A stretch of DNA of 64,000 bases from Amphiscolops sp. MND2022 (taxonomy: Eukaryota). The stretch lies in NCBI GenBank assembly GCA_964187785.1, contig OZ076417.1, positions 22,878,001 through 22,942,000 on the forward strand, read 5' to 3'. Position numbers and translations under genes: made by a program. Positions 11,723-26,148 of the stretch are shown here, piece by piece; within the stretch, counting starts at the first letter, position 1, and each line of letters opens with the position of its first letter. A model generated the notes under the pieces. That model searched no databases. It was given only the letters and a program-made list of their open reading frames with translations, and had not been told where the DNA came from.

Positions 11723-13949
11723 TTGCCGGCCCAGTTTTTCTCCCGAAAAACACTTTCGTAGAAGAGAGGTGCAAGTTTCACAACTGGTCTTTTGAGTTTT
11801 CCATCTTTTGTTACAACTGTCACAGATCTAACTCTGCTGTCTCTTCCTTCTTGCACTTCCAAGACTCTCGCCATCTTGTACTTGGACCGCTTAACATTTT
11901 CATCCACGACCCAAACCAAATTGTTGACTTTCAGCTGTCTCACGTCATCTTTGATCCATTTATTACGCACATTCCATTCCGGCAGATCTTCTTTAGACCA
12001 TCTGGTCCAGATCATATCTGAATAAGCTTGCGACACTCCAAACACTCGTCTCAAATCTGTGTAACATTGAGCGTCTGGTAGGAATGGTGCGGCTAAACTA
12101 GCTCTTCCCAATAAGAAGTGATTTGGTGTCAAAGCTTCCAAGTCATCAGGATCGTCACTAACACTAGTCAGTGGTCTGGCATTCAACGTCTGCTCTACTA
12201 AAAACATAGATGTTATGAGGACGTCGTCTTTCAAGGATCGTCCATCCAATACAGCTATCATTACTTTTTTACAGCTTCGAACTAGACGTTCCCAGATTCC
12301 TCCAATTGTGGAGCCCCAGGATGGTTGAACTTCCACTTGATGTCCTTTTGAGCTAAAGATTTCTCAATATCTGACTGGTTTCATGCATTTAAAGAATCTC
12401 TCATTTCTTTAGCTGCACCCACGAAGTTTGTCCCATTATTACTCAAAATTGTAGCAGGTTTGCCTCTTTGGGCAATAAACCGTGTTATAGCATTTAACCA
12501 GGTCTCTGCTTCCAAGGATGGAACAACTTCAATGTGTACTGCTCTAGTCGTCAAATATGTGAAGAGACAACACGATCTCTTCATAGTCTTACGCATGAAC
12601 TTCACTTCAAAAGGACAAAAATAGTCAACTCCAGTGTTGTTAAAGGGGAACACTCGTTCCTGCAATCTTTCGCGGGTTAAAGCAGTCATCAATGGTTGAG
12701 ACACTCCAGCTCGTTGCTTTCTATATTAGACACATTTCGCTTTGACGCTTCTCAGTGCCTTTCGCAATCCAGTAATCCCATATTCTTGCCTCAGAACACT
12801 TCTGACGTTTTCTGTGCCTTCATGACACTTCGTCTGATGAGCATCTTCAATCAACTTGATGACAACAAAATGCTTTGCTGACAACGAGATCGGGTGTTTG
12901 ACTTCATAACTTAATTTTGAATGCTGCAGTCAGCCTTGTAGTCGCCGCAATTCCTTTTCATCCAGAAACGGCGTTAAATTATTCAAATGATCTGAAGCCG
13001 GCAACGGCTGCCCTTTAAAGATTTTCTCGTAGGAATCATGAAAACTCTCCTTCTGACAACGTTTCAAAATGCCCGGTATTGCCGCATTATTACTTCAACT
13101 GTCAGATTTCCTCCATATTTCCTTTTCTTCCACCTTAAGCAGTATGAGAACACTCGAATCATTTTCTTGAAAGACCCAAATCTTCCCCATTCGAATGCGG
13201 GTTCCATTACAGCAGCTTCCATGACTGGTTCTGGCACTTCTTGAACGTTAAATTGCAATTTTTCAGGCGCCTTAGCCCAAGCCTCCTCTGTCTCGGTGAG
13301 CCATGCCGGCCCTGTGAGCCACTCACTCTCTTTCAGAGCTTCAACTATCATTTTTCGAGTTCCGATATCAGCGGGGTTTAAGTTTTTCTTCAACATGCAG
13401 CAACTGATCGTTAGTTGAATATCGAAAATTTCTGCAACTCTGTTCGCTACGAAGACCGGTTGCTTGTTGTTGCTTGCGTGAAGCCATTGTAGGACCGTTG
13501 TTGAATCCAATGTACGATTTGGTCTTTTACAAAATCATGTTCTTCCAAAACAAGTTCTCGCAGCCTCAATCCAAAAACTGCTGCTTGCATTTCCAACTTG
13601 CCAACTGTCATGTTTCTAATTGGAGCTACTGTACACTTCCCGATCACAAAAGTCACCTCGCCATTGTCTTGTTTTCTCAGAAAGGCAACCCTACACACTG
13701 CTTCCAACGAAGCGTCTGAGAAGATATGTGGTATCTCTATGCGCTATCTTCACCGGTTTTCTCCTTCTGCATGCCTCTGCAGACTTCCAGATTGTCTGCG
13801 TCAACGTTCCATTGCAGTCCCTAGATGGTTGGAGAGGTCGGCTCTGCTTCAAAGGTTTTACTAGAGGACGGTGACTTGTCTGCTTGGTCGATAGATGTCA
13901 TAGGTCTGTTCGCAGTTGCTAATCCATTTTGTTAACTGAAAACTTCCCC
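11723..13949 (-). pseudogene. BEL pol 3' part (end of RT, RNase H, integrase), single copy, with frameshifts and deletions
   Basis: ORFs 11671-12336, 12381-12704, 13064-13510 and 13447-13707 carry BEL integrase and RNase H motifs (NPADIGTR, LNARPLT...LTPNHFLLG). Confidence 0.9.
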
Positions 13950-16900
13950 TTGACAACATTACTCGCAACAATTTGTAGATTTCAATAGCCTGCTCAGCGC
14001 TGGGCACAGACTGACTTGACAAAGTCATCCAATTAGAAGTTTCGCTGTATCAAATTTGAAAATTGTGGGGACTCCTGTGCGATATCTTTTGCAACTTGTT
14101 GCAAAGTATAATTAGCGCTAGTTGGCGAATGTTTGGCTCGGAAGATGTCTTTCATACTCAAATACCTTAACGGGTTCATTTGGATTGTCTCTCCATTGAA
14201 ATTCTAACACTTTACAATCTTCCGGCGGTACTTTCACTTGTAGGAACCACGCTTCAAAGTCAGCAATGATGGCGATCTTTTGTTCTCTGAACCTGAATAC
14301 TATTCCAATCAGATTCTGCAGTAGGTCCGGTCCTGTCAAGAGGTTATCGTCCAGTGAAATTCCTCTGAATGTAGAGGCTGCGTTGCAGACTCGCCTCTCT
14401 TTCCCAGGTTTGTTTGGGTGTTCAACTGGGTGATGTGGTACACATCACTGTCTTTCCAATTTTGTGGCTTCTAAATCTTCCTGCTTTAGGATTCTGACGA
14501 ATCTCTTGACTACATGTACTTTGATGGATTCTTGATAGAGTTTCTTCAACTCCGACTTCTTTTTGAGTCTATACTCCAACGATTTCTTTGGCTCAATGCC
14601 GAAGAATAATTGTTCGGCAAGAAGGGGTCCCTTCTTTTCCAGAGAAGGCCAACTTCGTATCTTTCGCAATCAAACTTTGTGGTTTGTTCTAGCATCTGCA
14701 ACGCCTTCTCATTGTCCTTGGACCTTCCAGATACATCGCAGCGGGATGCATATGATTCAATGTCCCACCAGGTTTTTATCTGTTCTACCAGCACACCATC
14801 TTCAGAAGCTGTTACGCAAGATGCAGTCATCTGCACAGCTTCTTGTTGTGGAAGTGGTCCACAGAGGGTCCATCCAAGTTTCGTTTTCAATGCCCAAGGC
14901 TCACCATTCGTGCAGCTTTTATATTCTTCAGGCGGATGTATATGGTAGCAGTTTTGTCCCAATATCATTTTTACATTTTTGAATTTCAATGTTTCTTCGT
15001 TTAGAACCGACAAGTGGGGATAGGCATGTTTGAGCTCCCGATAGTTGTAGATCTTTTTTACGGCGTCTAAGTTTGGATGAGTGTAGACTGTCATGTGGTG
15101 AGTATTCTAGCCATACTCAGGTAAATTTCTTCCCTGTGAGCATTTAATTTTTCAGCCAATGTATTGTCTATGAACTATAGGCTGGCTTCAGATTCGCACA
15201 ACGCCATAGTGGATTCTTTGTTTTTTTCCAACTTGGATGATTATAGGAATAAGCGGAAGAATCCCACTGCTCTTCAATGAGCGAAATGCAGAGTTCACCT
15301 CCGCCTTCTGTTGTGGGTCTGCCACTCCACTATCTTTCGGCCGTCCATTTGCCTCGCGATGTAGCAACCGATGATGCCGCCTGCTACAACCTTTGACTCC
15401 AAACACTTTGTATGTGCAACCTTTCACTACATGTTTCCCAGCCACACAACAAAAGCAGAGTTTCAACTCTTTGACTTTCTCATATCGCGCTTGACATGTC
15501 ATCTTCAAAAACTTCTCGCATTTCCACAACGCATGTTTACCATCTTTCAATAGACAATCTTGGCCAGTCTTCTTGTCGGTTTTATGGTGGGCGAAAGTTT
15601 AAAAAAATTCTTTGGCTTGTCTTTACTTGTCCATTTCGATTTGTCGCGTTGACAATGCCTGTCATAAGAACATCTTCCTGCACCGCTGCTACCTCTTGCA
15701 ACCATAAGCTGAACGCTTCCAGCCCTATGTAGTAATTGGCATTATGTCTCGCGTACGTCAACCATTTCGTATTCATGTTCAGTGGCAGTTTTCTGGTCGC
15801 ACTACACAGGACGCATTTTAACTGCAAGTCTCCAACAAAATTCACATGCGTCAGAACTTGTACACAACTTGAAACTATTCTCGAGTATTTGACCAATGCT
15901 ACCGAATCGAACACTTTCATGGCTGGAAAGGTGTATATTCTTCTCAGTTGTGCGTTACCTTCCACTTGTGGTCTCCCAAAGTGCGCGACCAAGGTATTCC
16001 AGGCAATAGCATACATGTCTCTAGTGTAGCATAGTCCAGCTATCATTTCTTTTGATTTCCCAGTGACCAGTGTTTTGAGGTGATTCATCTTCAAGCTTGC
16101 GTTGATGTTTGCAGCGTGCACGGTCGAGAGGAACAACCCTGACTACTCAGGCCATTCCAATGGGTCACCTGAGAAGTCTGCCAGCTTCAGTTTCGGCAAA
16201 GGCTCACTAGGCTCACTGCTCCATTTCTTGTTTGTCGCGAACTGACTGTATGGGGGCCGAGTAGTTAGCTCAGGGTACCATTGGTGGTGGTAATGTACCA
16301 CTTTTCGTCTGGGTACTTAACAGTGGTTCATTTGGGGGTTCGAAGATCACAAACTGCACTTCTGTTGAACTGTCTTATTCATTTGCATCTTTGCTGATGC
16401 AGCTTTCGACGCGAATCGACTAGCCGACGTGCCATCCTTTACCATGGTTGGCTGCGCCGTTTTAGCAGCCAGGTGGGGCATATGTGCTGGGTGTGGCAAG
16501 GGGTCAGATTGGGTTCGATAGGTTCGCTGACCAGTGCGATTCTGGATACCTCTTTTCCAACGTTCGTTTTTTTTTGTCACATCCAATTTCATCAAGCCAA
16601 GAAGGTACCTTTTCGAAGGGATTGCTGCGAGATGTTGCGCAAACTGTGCATGCTCTGCCTCCCTCCGCTCCAGCTATTTCCATTTCCTTCTCTGCTATTC
16701 GTTTAGCCCTCGCGTTTCCTTCTTCGCTTTTGGCAATTTCTAGTTCCTCCGCGAGTATCCTCATGTTCATCTACTCCTGTTTCTGCCGGATCTCAGATTG
16801 AAACTTCTTGGCAGCAAGTTGCTCATCCATTTCTTCTTGTTTTTTTAATGCTGCTAATTCTAGAAGTAGTACACGCTTTGCATTTGATTACTGGGATCTA

Positions 16901-19900
16901 ACTGTCGTTCTGTTGCCCTTTGAATGTGCCTTGCTTGCACACCTGTCTCTTTCTTCGGGTAGCGATGTCACCTCATTATTCCAACAATTCACAAACGAAC
17001 TAGGTCCAACGGTATCCTGTGCCACGTCTTCATTCGCATCCTTCTGATGTTCTTTTGTCGTGTATCCGAGGAATCTCATCCGTCCCGATATCTGGAAAAT
17101 CTGTCGCCGTTTCTATCATCCCATACTGATTGATACTTGGCTTTCAAGAGTGCTTTGTTCGCCGCGACGAGTCTCTTCCATCAGGTGAAAAGGTCTTGTC
17201 GGTTCGGTAGAAGATCTGCAAGTTTCTCCGTTGTCGCGTCTGCTTCGCGCAGCTCTGCATGTATTTCATCCATTTTTGTCTCAAAGTTTTGAATTGCTCT
17301 CATGTTGCTCTCCCATTGTGGTTTGTCCTTCATAGAACTCTTGAAATGGTTGTCAATTCTTTTGTAATCAATTCTTTTAGGTTCAGCCATTTTGAACTAC
17401 CCAAAACCCAGAGTACACTAAATGAACATAAGAGTGCCAATTGTTCCACTGCGAATACAACTCCCAACAAGACGATGAAGTAACCCAAAACACAAGAGTA
17501 CAACTCATACCCAAGAGCTCTAGTAATACCACTTTGAATACAATCTCCCAGAGCCTGCGGAAGTAGCCCAAGCCGCAGGGTACAATATACACAGAGGCGA
17601 GCCCAGATGAGACCACTTTGCAGCGCACATGGTGGTTCAAAAAAGCTGTCGTTTACTGTATACGTTCACTTGTTGGCAACTTGTTACTCGCAACAATTTG
17701 TAGATTTCAATAGCCTGCTCAGCGCTGGGCACAGACTGACTTGACAAAGTCATCCATATAGAAGTTTCGCTGTATCAAATTTGTGGGGACTCCTGTGCGA
17801 TATTTTTTGCAACTTGTTGCAGAGTACAATTAGCGCTAGTTGGCGAACGTTTGGCTCGGAAGATGTCTTTCATACTCATATACCTTGTTATGAATAACGG
17901 GTTCATTTGGATTGTCTCTCCATTGAAATTCTAACACTTTACAATCTTCCGGCGGTACTTTCACTTGTAGGAACCACGCTTCAAAGTCAGCAATGATGGC
18001 GATCTTTTGTTCTCTGAACCTGAATACTATTCCAATCAGATTCTGCAGTAGGTCCGGTCCTGTCAAGAGGTTATCGTCCAGTGAAATTCCTCTGAATGTA
18101 GAGGCTGCGTTGCAGACTCGCCTCACTTTCCCAGGTTTGTTTGGGTGTTCAACTGGGTGATGTGGTACACATCACTGTCTTTCCAATTTTGTGGCTTCTA
18201 AATCTTCCTGCTTTAGGATTCTGACGAATCTCTTGACTACATGTACTTTGATGGATTCTTGATAGAGTTTCTTCAACTCCGACTTCTTTTTGAGTCTATA
18301 CTCCAACGATTTCTTTGGCTCAATGCCGAAGAATAATTGTTCGGCAAGAAGGGGTCCCTTCTTTTCCAGAGAAGGCCAACTTCGTATCTTTCGCAATCAA
18401 ACTTTGTGGTTTGTTCTAGCATCTGCAACGCCTTCTCATTGTCCTTGGACCTTCCAGATACATCGCAGCGGGATGCATATGATTCAATGTCCCACCAGGT
18501 TTTTATCTGTTCTACCAGCACACCATCTTCAGAAGCTGTTACGCAAGATGCAGTCATCTGCACAGCTTCTTGTTGTGGAAGTGGTCCACAGAGGGTCCAT
18601 CCAAGTTTCGTTTTCAATGCCCAAGGCTCACCATTCGTGCAGCTTTTATATTCTTCAGGCGGATGTATATGGTAGCAGTTTTGTCCCAATATCATTTTTA
18701 CATTTTTGAATTTCAATGTTTCTTCGTTTAGAACCGACAAGTGGGGATAGGCATGTTTGAGCTCCCGATAGTTGTAGATCTTTTTTACGGCGTCTAAGTT
18801 TGGATGAGTGTAGACTGTCATGTGGTGAGTATTCTAGCCACACTCAGGTCAATTTCTTCCCCGTGAGCATTTAATTTTTCAGCCAATGTATTGTCTATGA
18901 ACGATAGGCTGGCTTCAGATTCGCAAAACGCCATAGTGGATTCTTTGTTTTTTTCCAACTTGGATGATTATAGGAATAAGCGGAAGAATCCCGCTGCTCT
19001 TCAATCAGCGAAATGCAGAGTTCACCTCCGCCTTCTGTTGTGGGTCTTCCACTCCACTATCTTTCGGCCGTCCATTTGCCTCGCGATGTAGCAACCGATG
19101 ATGCCACCTGCTACAACCTTGACTCCAAACACTTTGTATGTGCAACCTTTCACTACATGTTTCCCAGCCACACAACAAAAGCAGAGTTTCAACTCTTTGA
19201 CTTTCTCATATCGCGCTTGACATGTCATCTTCAAAAACTTCTCGCATTTCCACAACGCATTTTTACCATCTTTCAATAGACAATCTTGGCCAGTCTTCTT
19301 GTCGGTTTTATGGTCGGCAAAAGTTTTTAAAAATTCTTTGGCTTGTCTTTACTTGTCCATTTCGATTTGTCAACGTTGAGAATGCCTGTCATAAGAACAT
19401 CTTCCTGCACCGCTTCTACCTCTTGCAACCATAAGCTGAACGCTTCCAGCCCCATGTAGTAATTGGCATTATGTCTCGCGTACGTCAACCATTTCGTATT
19501 CATGTTCAGTGGCAGTTTTCTGGTCGCACTACACAGGACGCATTTTACCTGCAAGTCTCCAACAAAAGTCATATGCGTCAGAACTTGTACACAACTTGAA
19601 ACTATTCTCGAGTATTTGACCAATGCTACCGAATCGAACACTTTCATGGCTCGAAAGGTGTATATTCTTCCCAGTTGTGCGTTACCTTCCACTTGTGGTC
19701 TCCCAAAGTGCGCGACCAAGGTATTCCAGGCAATAGCATACATGTCTCTAGTGTAGCATAGTCCAGCTATCATTTCTTTTGATTTCCCAGTGACCAGTGT
19801 TTTGAGGTGATTCATCTTCAAGCTTGCGTTGATGTTTGCAGCGTGCACGGTCGAGAGGAACAACCCTGACTACTCAGGCCATTCCAATGGGTCACCTGAG

Positions 19901-22900
19901 AAGTCTGCCAGCTTCAGTTTCGGCAAAGGCTCACTAGGCTCACTGCTCCATTTCTTGTTTGTCGCGAACTGACTGTATGGGGGCCGAGTAGTTAGCTCAG
20001 GGTACCATTGGTGGTGGTAATGTACCACTTTTCGTCTGGGTACTTAACAGTGGTTCATTTGGGGGTTCGAAGATCACAAACTGCACTTCTGTTGAACTGT
20101 CTTATTCATTTGCATCTTTGCTGATGCAGCTTTCGACGCGAATCGACTAGCCGACGTGCCATCCTTTACCATGGTTGGCTGCGCCGTTTTAGCAGCCAGG
20201 TGGGGCATATGTGCTGGGTGTGGCAAGGGGTCAGGTTGGGTTCGATAGGTTCGCTGACCAGTGCGATTCTGGATACTTCTTTTCCAACATTCGTTTTTTT
20301 GTCACATCCAATTTCATCAAGCCAAGAAGGTACCTTTTCGAAGGGATTGCTGCGAGATGTTGCGCAAACTGTGCATGCTCTGCCTCCCTCCACTCCAGCT
20401 ATTTCCATTTCCTTCTCTGCTATTCGTTAAGCCCTCGCGTTTCCTTCTTCGCTTTTGGCAATTTCTAGTTCCTCCGCGAGTATCCTCATGTTCATCTCCT
20501 CCTGTTTCTGCCGGATCTCAGATTGAAATTTCTTGGCAGCTAGTTGCTCATCCATTTCTTCTTGTTTTTTTTTAATGCTGCTAATTCTAGAAGTAGTACA
20601 CGCTTTGCATTTGATTACTGGGATCTAACTGTCGTTCTGTTGCCCTTTGAATGTGCCTTGCTTGCACACCTGTCTCTTTCTTCGGGTAGCGATGTCACCT
20701 CATTATTGCAACGATTCACAAACGAACTAGGTCCAACGGTATCTTGTGCCACGTCTTCTTTCGCATCCTTCTGATGTTCTTTTGTCATGTTTCCGAGGAA
20801 TCTCATCCGTCCCGATATCTGGAAAATGTGTCGCCGTTTCTATCATACCATTCTGATTGATACTTGGCTTTCAAGAGTGCTTTGTTCGCCGCGACGAGTC
20901 TCTTCCATCAGGTGAAAAGGTCTTGTCGGTTCGGTGGAAGATCTGCAAGTTTCTCCCTTGTCGCGTCTGCTTCGCGCAGCTCTGCATGTATTTCATCCAT
21001 TTTTGTCTCAAAGATTTGAATTGCTCTCATGTTGCTTTCCCATTGTGGTTTGTCCTTCATAGATCTCTTGAAATGGTTGTCAATTCTTTTGTATTCAATT
21101 CTTTTAGGTTCAGCCATTTTGAACTACCCAAAACCCAGAGTACACTAAATGAACAAAAGATTGCCAATTGTTCCACTGCGAATACAACTCCCAACAAGAC
21201 GATGAAGTAACCCAAAACACAAGAGTACAACTTAAACCCAAGAGCTCCAGTGATACCACTTTGAATACAATCTCCCAGAGCTTGCGGAAGTAGCCCAAGC
21301 CGCAGGGTACAATATACACAGAGGCGAGCCCAGATGAGACCACTTTGCAGCGCACACAGTGGTTCAAAAAAGCTGTCGTTTACTGTATACGTTCACTTGT
21401 TGGCAACTTGTTACTCGCAACAATTTGTAGATTTCAATAGCCTGCTCAGCGCTGGGCACAGACTGACCTGACAAAGTCATCCATATAGAAGTTTCGCTGT
21501 ATCAAATTTGTGGGGACTCCTGTGCGATATTTTTTGCAACTTGTTGCAGAGTATAATTAGCGCTAGTTGGCAAACGTTTGGCTCGGAAGATGTCTTTCAT
21601 ACTCATATACCTTAACGGGTTCATTTGGATTGTCTCTCCATTGAAATTCTAACACTTTACAATCTTCCGGCGGTCATTTCACTTGTAGGAACCACGCTTC
21701 AAAGTCAGCAATGATGGCGATCTTTTGTTCTCTGAACCTGAATACTATTCCAATCAGATTCTGCAGTAGATCCGGTCCTGTCAAGAGGTTATCGTCCATT
21801 GAAATTCCTCTGAATGGAGAGGCTGCGTTGCAGACTCGCCTCACTTTCCCAGGTTTGTTTGGGTGTTCAAATGGGTGATGTGGTACACACCACTGTCTTT
21901 CCAATTTTGTGGCTTCTAAATCTTCCTGCTTTAGGATTCTGACGAATTTCTTGACTACATGTACTTTGATGGATTCTTGATAGAGTTTCTTCAACTCCGA
22001 TTTCTTTTTGAGTCTATACTCCAACGATTTCTTTGGCTCAATGCCGAAGAATAATAGTTCGGCAAGGAGGGTCTCTTCTTTTCCAGAGAAGGCCAACTTC
22101 GTATCTTTCGCAATCAAACTTTGTGGCTTGTTCTAGCATCTGCAACGCCTTCTCATTGTCCTTGGACCTTCCAGATACATCGCAGCGGGATGCATATGAT
22201 TCAATGTCCCACCAGGTTTTTATCTGTTCTACCAGCACACCATCTTCAGAAGCTGTTACGCAAGATGCAGTCATCTGCACAGCTTCTTGTTGTGGAAGTG
22301 GTCCACAGAGGGTCCATCCAAGTTTCGTTTTCAATGCCCAAGGCTCACCATTCGTGCAGCTTTTATATTCTTCAGGCGGATGTATATTGTAGCAGTTTTG
22401 TCCCAATATCATTTTTACATTTTTGAATTTCAATGTTTCTTCGTTTAGAACCGACAAGTGGGGATAGGCATGTTTGAGCTCCCGATAGTTGTAGATCTTT
22501 TTTACGGCGTCTAAGTTTGGATGAGTGTAGACTGTCATGTGGTGAGTATTCCAGCCACACTCAGGTCAATTTCTTCCCCGTGAGCATTTAATTTTTCAGC
22601 CAATGTATTGTCTATGAACGATAGGCTGGCCCCAGATTCGCACAACGCCATAGTGGATTCTTTGTTTTTTTTTCCAACTTGGATGATTATAGGAATCAGC
22701 GGAAGAATCCCACTGCTCTTCAATGAGCGAAATGCAGAGTTCACCTCCGCCTTCTGTTGAGGGTCTTCCACTCCACTATCTTTCGGCCGTCCATTTGCCT
22801 CGCGATGTAGCAATCGATGATGCCGCCTGCTACAACCTTTGACTCCAAACACTTTGTCTGTGCAACCTTTCACTACATGTTTCCCAGCCACACAACAAAA

Positions 22901-25127
22901 GCAGAGTTTCAACTCTTTGACTTTCTCATATCGCGCTTGACATGTCATCTTCAAAAACTTCTCACATTTCCACAACGGATGTTTAATATCTTTCAATAGA
23001 CAATCTTGGCCAGGCATTTTGTCGGTTTTATGGTCGGCGAAAGTTTAAAAATATTCTTTGGCTTGTCTTTACTTGTCCATTTTGATTTGTCGCGTTGAGA
23101 ATGCCTGTCATAAGAACATCTTCCTGCACCGCTGCTACCTCTTGCAACCATAAGCTGAACGCTTCCAGCCCCATGTAGTAATTGGCATTATGTCTCGCGT
23201 ACGTCAACCATTTCGTATTCATGTTCAGTGGCAGTTTTTTGGTCGCACTACACAGGACGCATTTTACCTGCAAGTCTCCAACAAAATTCATATGCGTCAG
23301 AACTTGTACACAACTTGAAACTATTCTCGAGTATTTGACCAATGCTACCTAATTGAACACTTTCATGGCTGGAAAGGTGTATATTCTTCTCAGTTGTGCG
23401 TTACCTTCCACTTGTGGTCTCCCAAAGTGCGCGACCAAGGTATTCCAGGCAATAGCATACATGTCTCTAGTGTAGCCTAGTCCAGCTATCATTTCTTTTG
23501 ATTTCCCAGTGACCAGTGTTTTGACGTGATTCATCTTCAAGCTTGCGTTGATGTTTGCAGCGTGCACGGTCGAGAGGAACAACCTTGACTACTCAGGCCA
23601 TTCCAATGGGTCACCTGAGAATTCTGCCAGCTTCAGGTTCGACAAAGGCTCACTAGGCTCACTGCTTCATTTCTTGTTTGTCGCGAACTGACTGTATGGG
23701 GGCCGAGTAGTTAGCTCAGGGTACCATTGGTGGTGGCAATGTACCACTTTTCGTCTGGGTACTCAACAGTGGTTCATTTGGGGGTTCGAAGATCACAAAC
23801 TGCACTTCTGTTGAACTGTCTTATTCATTTGCATCTTTGCTGATGCAGCTTTCGACGCGAATCGACTAGCCGACGTGCCATCCTTTACCATGGTTGGCTG
23901 CCCCGTTTTAGCAGCCAGGTGGGGCATATGTGCTAGGTGTGGCAAGGGTACAGGTTGGGTTCGATAGGTTCGCTGACCAGTGCGATTCTGGATACCTCTT
24001 TTCCAACATTCGTTAATTTTTTGTCACATCCAATTTCATCAAGCCAAGAAGGTACCTTTTCGAAGGGATTGCTGCAAGATGTTGCGCAAACTGTGCATGC
24101 TCTGCCTCCCTCCGCTCCAGCTATTTCCATTTCCTTCTCTGCTATTCGTTTAGCCCTCGCGTTTCCTTCTTCGCGTTTGGCAATTTCTAGTTCCTCCGCG
24201 AGTATCCTCATGTTCATCTACTCCTGTTTCTGCCGGATCTCAGATTGAAACTTCTTGGCAGCAAGTTGCTCATCCATTTCTTCTTGTTTTTTTAATGCTG
24301 CTAATTCTAGAAGTAGTACACGCTTTGCATTTGATTACTGGGATCTAACTGTCGTTCTGTTGCCCTTTGAATGTGCCTTGCTTGCACACCTGTCTCTTTC
24401 TTCGGGTAGCGATGTCACCTCATTATTGCAACGATTCACAAACGAACTAGGTCCAAAGGTATCTTGTGCCACGTCTTCATTCGCATCCTTCTGATGTTCT
24501 TTTGTCGTGTTTCCGAGGAATCTCATCCATCCCGATATCTGGAAAATTTGTCGCCGTTTCTATCATCCCATTCTGATTGATACTTGGCTTTCAAGAGTGC
24601 TTTGTTCGCCGCGACGAGTCTCTTCCATCAGGTGAAAAGGTCTTGTCGGTTCGGTAGAAGATCTGCAAGTTTCTCCCTTGTCGCGTCTGCTTCGCGCAGC
24701 TCTGCATGTATTTCATCCATTTTTGTCTCAAAGTTTTGAATTGCTCTCATGTTGCTCTCCCATTGTGGTTTGTCCTTCATAGAACTTTTGAAATGGTTGT
24801 CAATTCGTTTGTAATCAATTCTTTTAGGTTCAGCCATTTTGAACTACCCAAAACCCAGAGTACACTAAATGAACAAAAGAGTGCCAATTGTTCCACTGCG
24901 AATACAACTACCGCGAATACAACAAGACGATGAAGTAACCCAAAACACAAGAGTACAACTTATACACAAGAGCTCCAATAATACCACTTTGAATACAATC
25001 TCCCAGAGCCTGCCGAAGTAGCACAAGCCGCAGGGTACAATATACACAGAGGCGAGCCCAGATGAGACCACTTTGCAGCGCACACAGTGGTTCAAAAAAG
25101 CTGTCGTTTACTGTATACGTTCACTTG
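13950..25127 (-). repeat. Three tandem copies of a ~3.73-kb BEL block (leader, gag, PR, RT to YMDD): 13950-17672, 17673-21399, 21400-25127
   Basis: The same ORF fragments recur with periods 3723/3727/3728 (e.g. MAEPKRI at 17390/21117/24837); both junctions read CACTTGTTGGCAACTTGTTACTCGC. Confidence 0.95.
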
Positions 25128-25231
25128 TTGACACAGTGTTCTCTTGCCGTGTAGCAATTAGATGATCATCCAGTTGTCCGCCCGATTGATGATGTCCGTC
25201 CAAATGATGAGGTCCGCCCAAATGATGATGT

Positions 25232-25249
25232 CCGGGACGGCGGACCGAA
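25232..25249 (-). promoter_or_regulatory. BEL primer-binding site, tRNA-Tyr-like
   Basis: Element strand TT-CGGTCCGCCGTCCCGGA right after the 5' LTR; same geometry as the tRNA-Tyr PBS TGGTCCTTCGAGCCGGA, with the first base mutated. Confidence 0.55.
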
Positions 25250-26148
25250 TGTAACGGCTGCTTGATCCCTTCACTTGACCGAACTTCACGCCGTCCTGAA
25301 TACGGTGTTCGGCACTGCGGATCATTACCGAACACTGCGTGCTTCTTAGAATAAAGGGACAGTATCTTGACTAAGTAGGATCCAATGATCCTGAATTGCA
25401 CATCTTCCTTGTTTCTTAACATGTCCAACTCCCCACAATTTGAGAGTAACTAACTTAGTCGCCCTAAGTCTTTGTCAAAAAGTCGAAAAGATGTCAAAAA
25501 TGAATTGAGAAATGAAATGGTCCCAAGACCCAAGTTGAATACAGCTTTCCAATTGTTTTGTGCCTAACTAGCTATAGTACACATATCGTTTACAATTATT
25601 CTATAAACATTAGTCAAAATATGAAGTATAAATAAATGACAATTAAGGCATAATATGAAGTTATTAACTAAGTAAACCAATTATGTGGTGGTTCTGACCT
25701 GATTAATAGGTAGGCTAGAAAGTATATTTTTACAACGTAAATATCACCAATACCAATAGCATTACATATCCTTCAAGGTCACATGACACATGAGAAAATA
25801 ACATAACAATTTGTAGATCAAAATTGGGTTTTCTTGGGGTCTGACCTGAGGTCACTTTGGATTTTATTTGCTCTGAGCCCAGGGGAGATACGGGGTTGGG
25901 TGTATCGAGTGAAAAGTTGAGTTAACACCTCCAGTACATACATGCTAAGTTTCACGGTGGTTGAGCAAGTGCTTCTAAAAAGGGGGAAAGGTGTTATCTT
26001 CCTATTTTGGTAGATAATCACTATTTTTGCAGATTTTTGTAGATTTCCAACTGAAATCTTGACAAATTTTTCAAGTGTTTTGAGTTGTAAGTTTCATCGA
26101 TCATCATCAAAATTCGGTTTCGCGTCAAGCAACTGACTGGCGCCAACA
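25250..26148 (-). repeat. BEL 5' LTR (899 bp)
   Basis: Direct repeat of 10832-11722, flanked by the ATTGT TSD. Confidence 0.95.

Larger units (their letters stand above)
10832..26148 (-). mobile_element. BEL/Pao LTR retrotransposon, both LTRs present, degenerate, with internal triplication
   Basis: LTRs 10832-11722 and 25250-26148 (TGT...ACA); TSD ATTGT at 10827-10831 and 26149-26153; gag Zn knuckles (CFCCVAGKHVVKGC, CSRRHHRLLH), protease LCESGAS, RT FYMDDFV, RNase H HIFSDAS...VIGKC, integrase GVDYFCPF...HIEVV...GIWERLV. Confidence 0.95.

Noticed and set aside
14563-14982. Plus-strand ORFs opposite BEL and Gypsy pol (e.g. 14563-14982, 18290-18709, 32346-32636)
   Set aside because: Antisense shadows of coding sequence without their own motifs.
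13950-25127. Three separate BEL insertions
   Set aside because: No internal LTRs, PBS or TSDs; identical junctions; a single LTR pair with one TSD.
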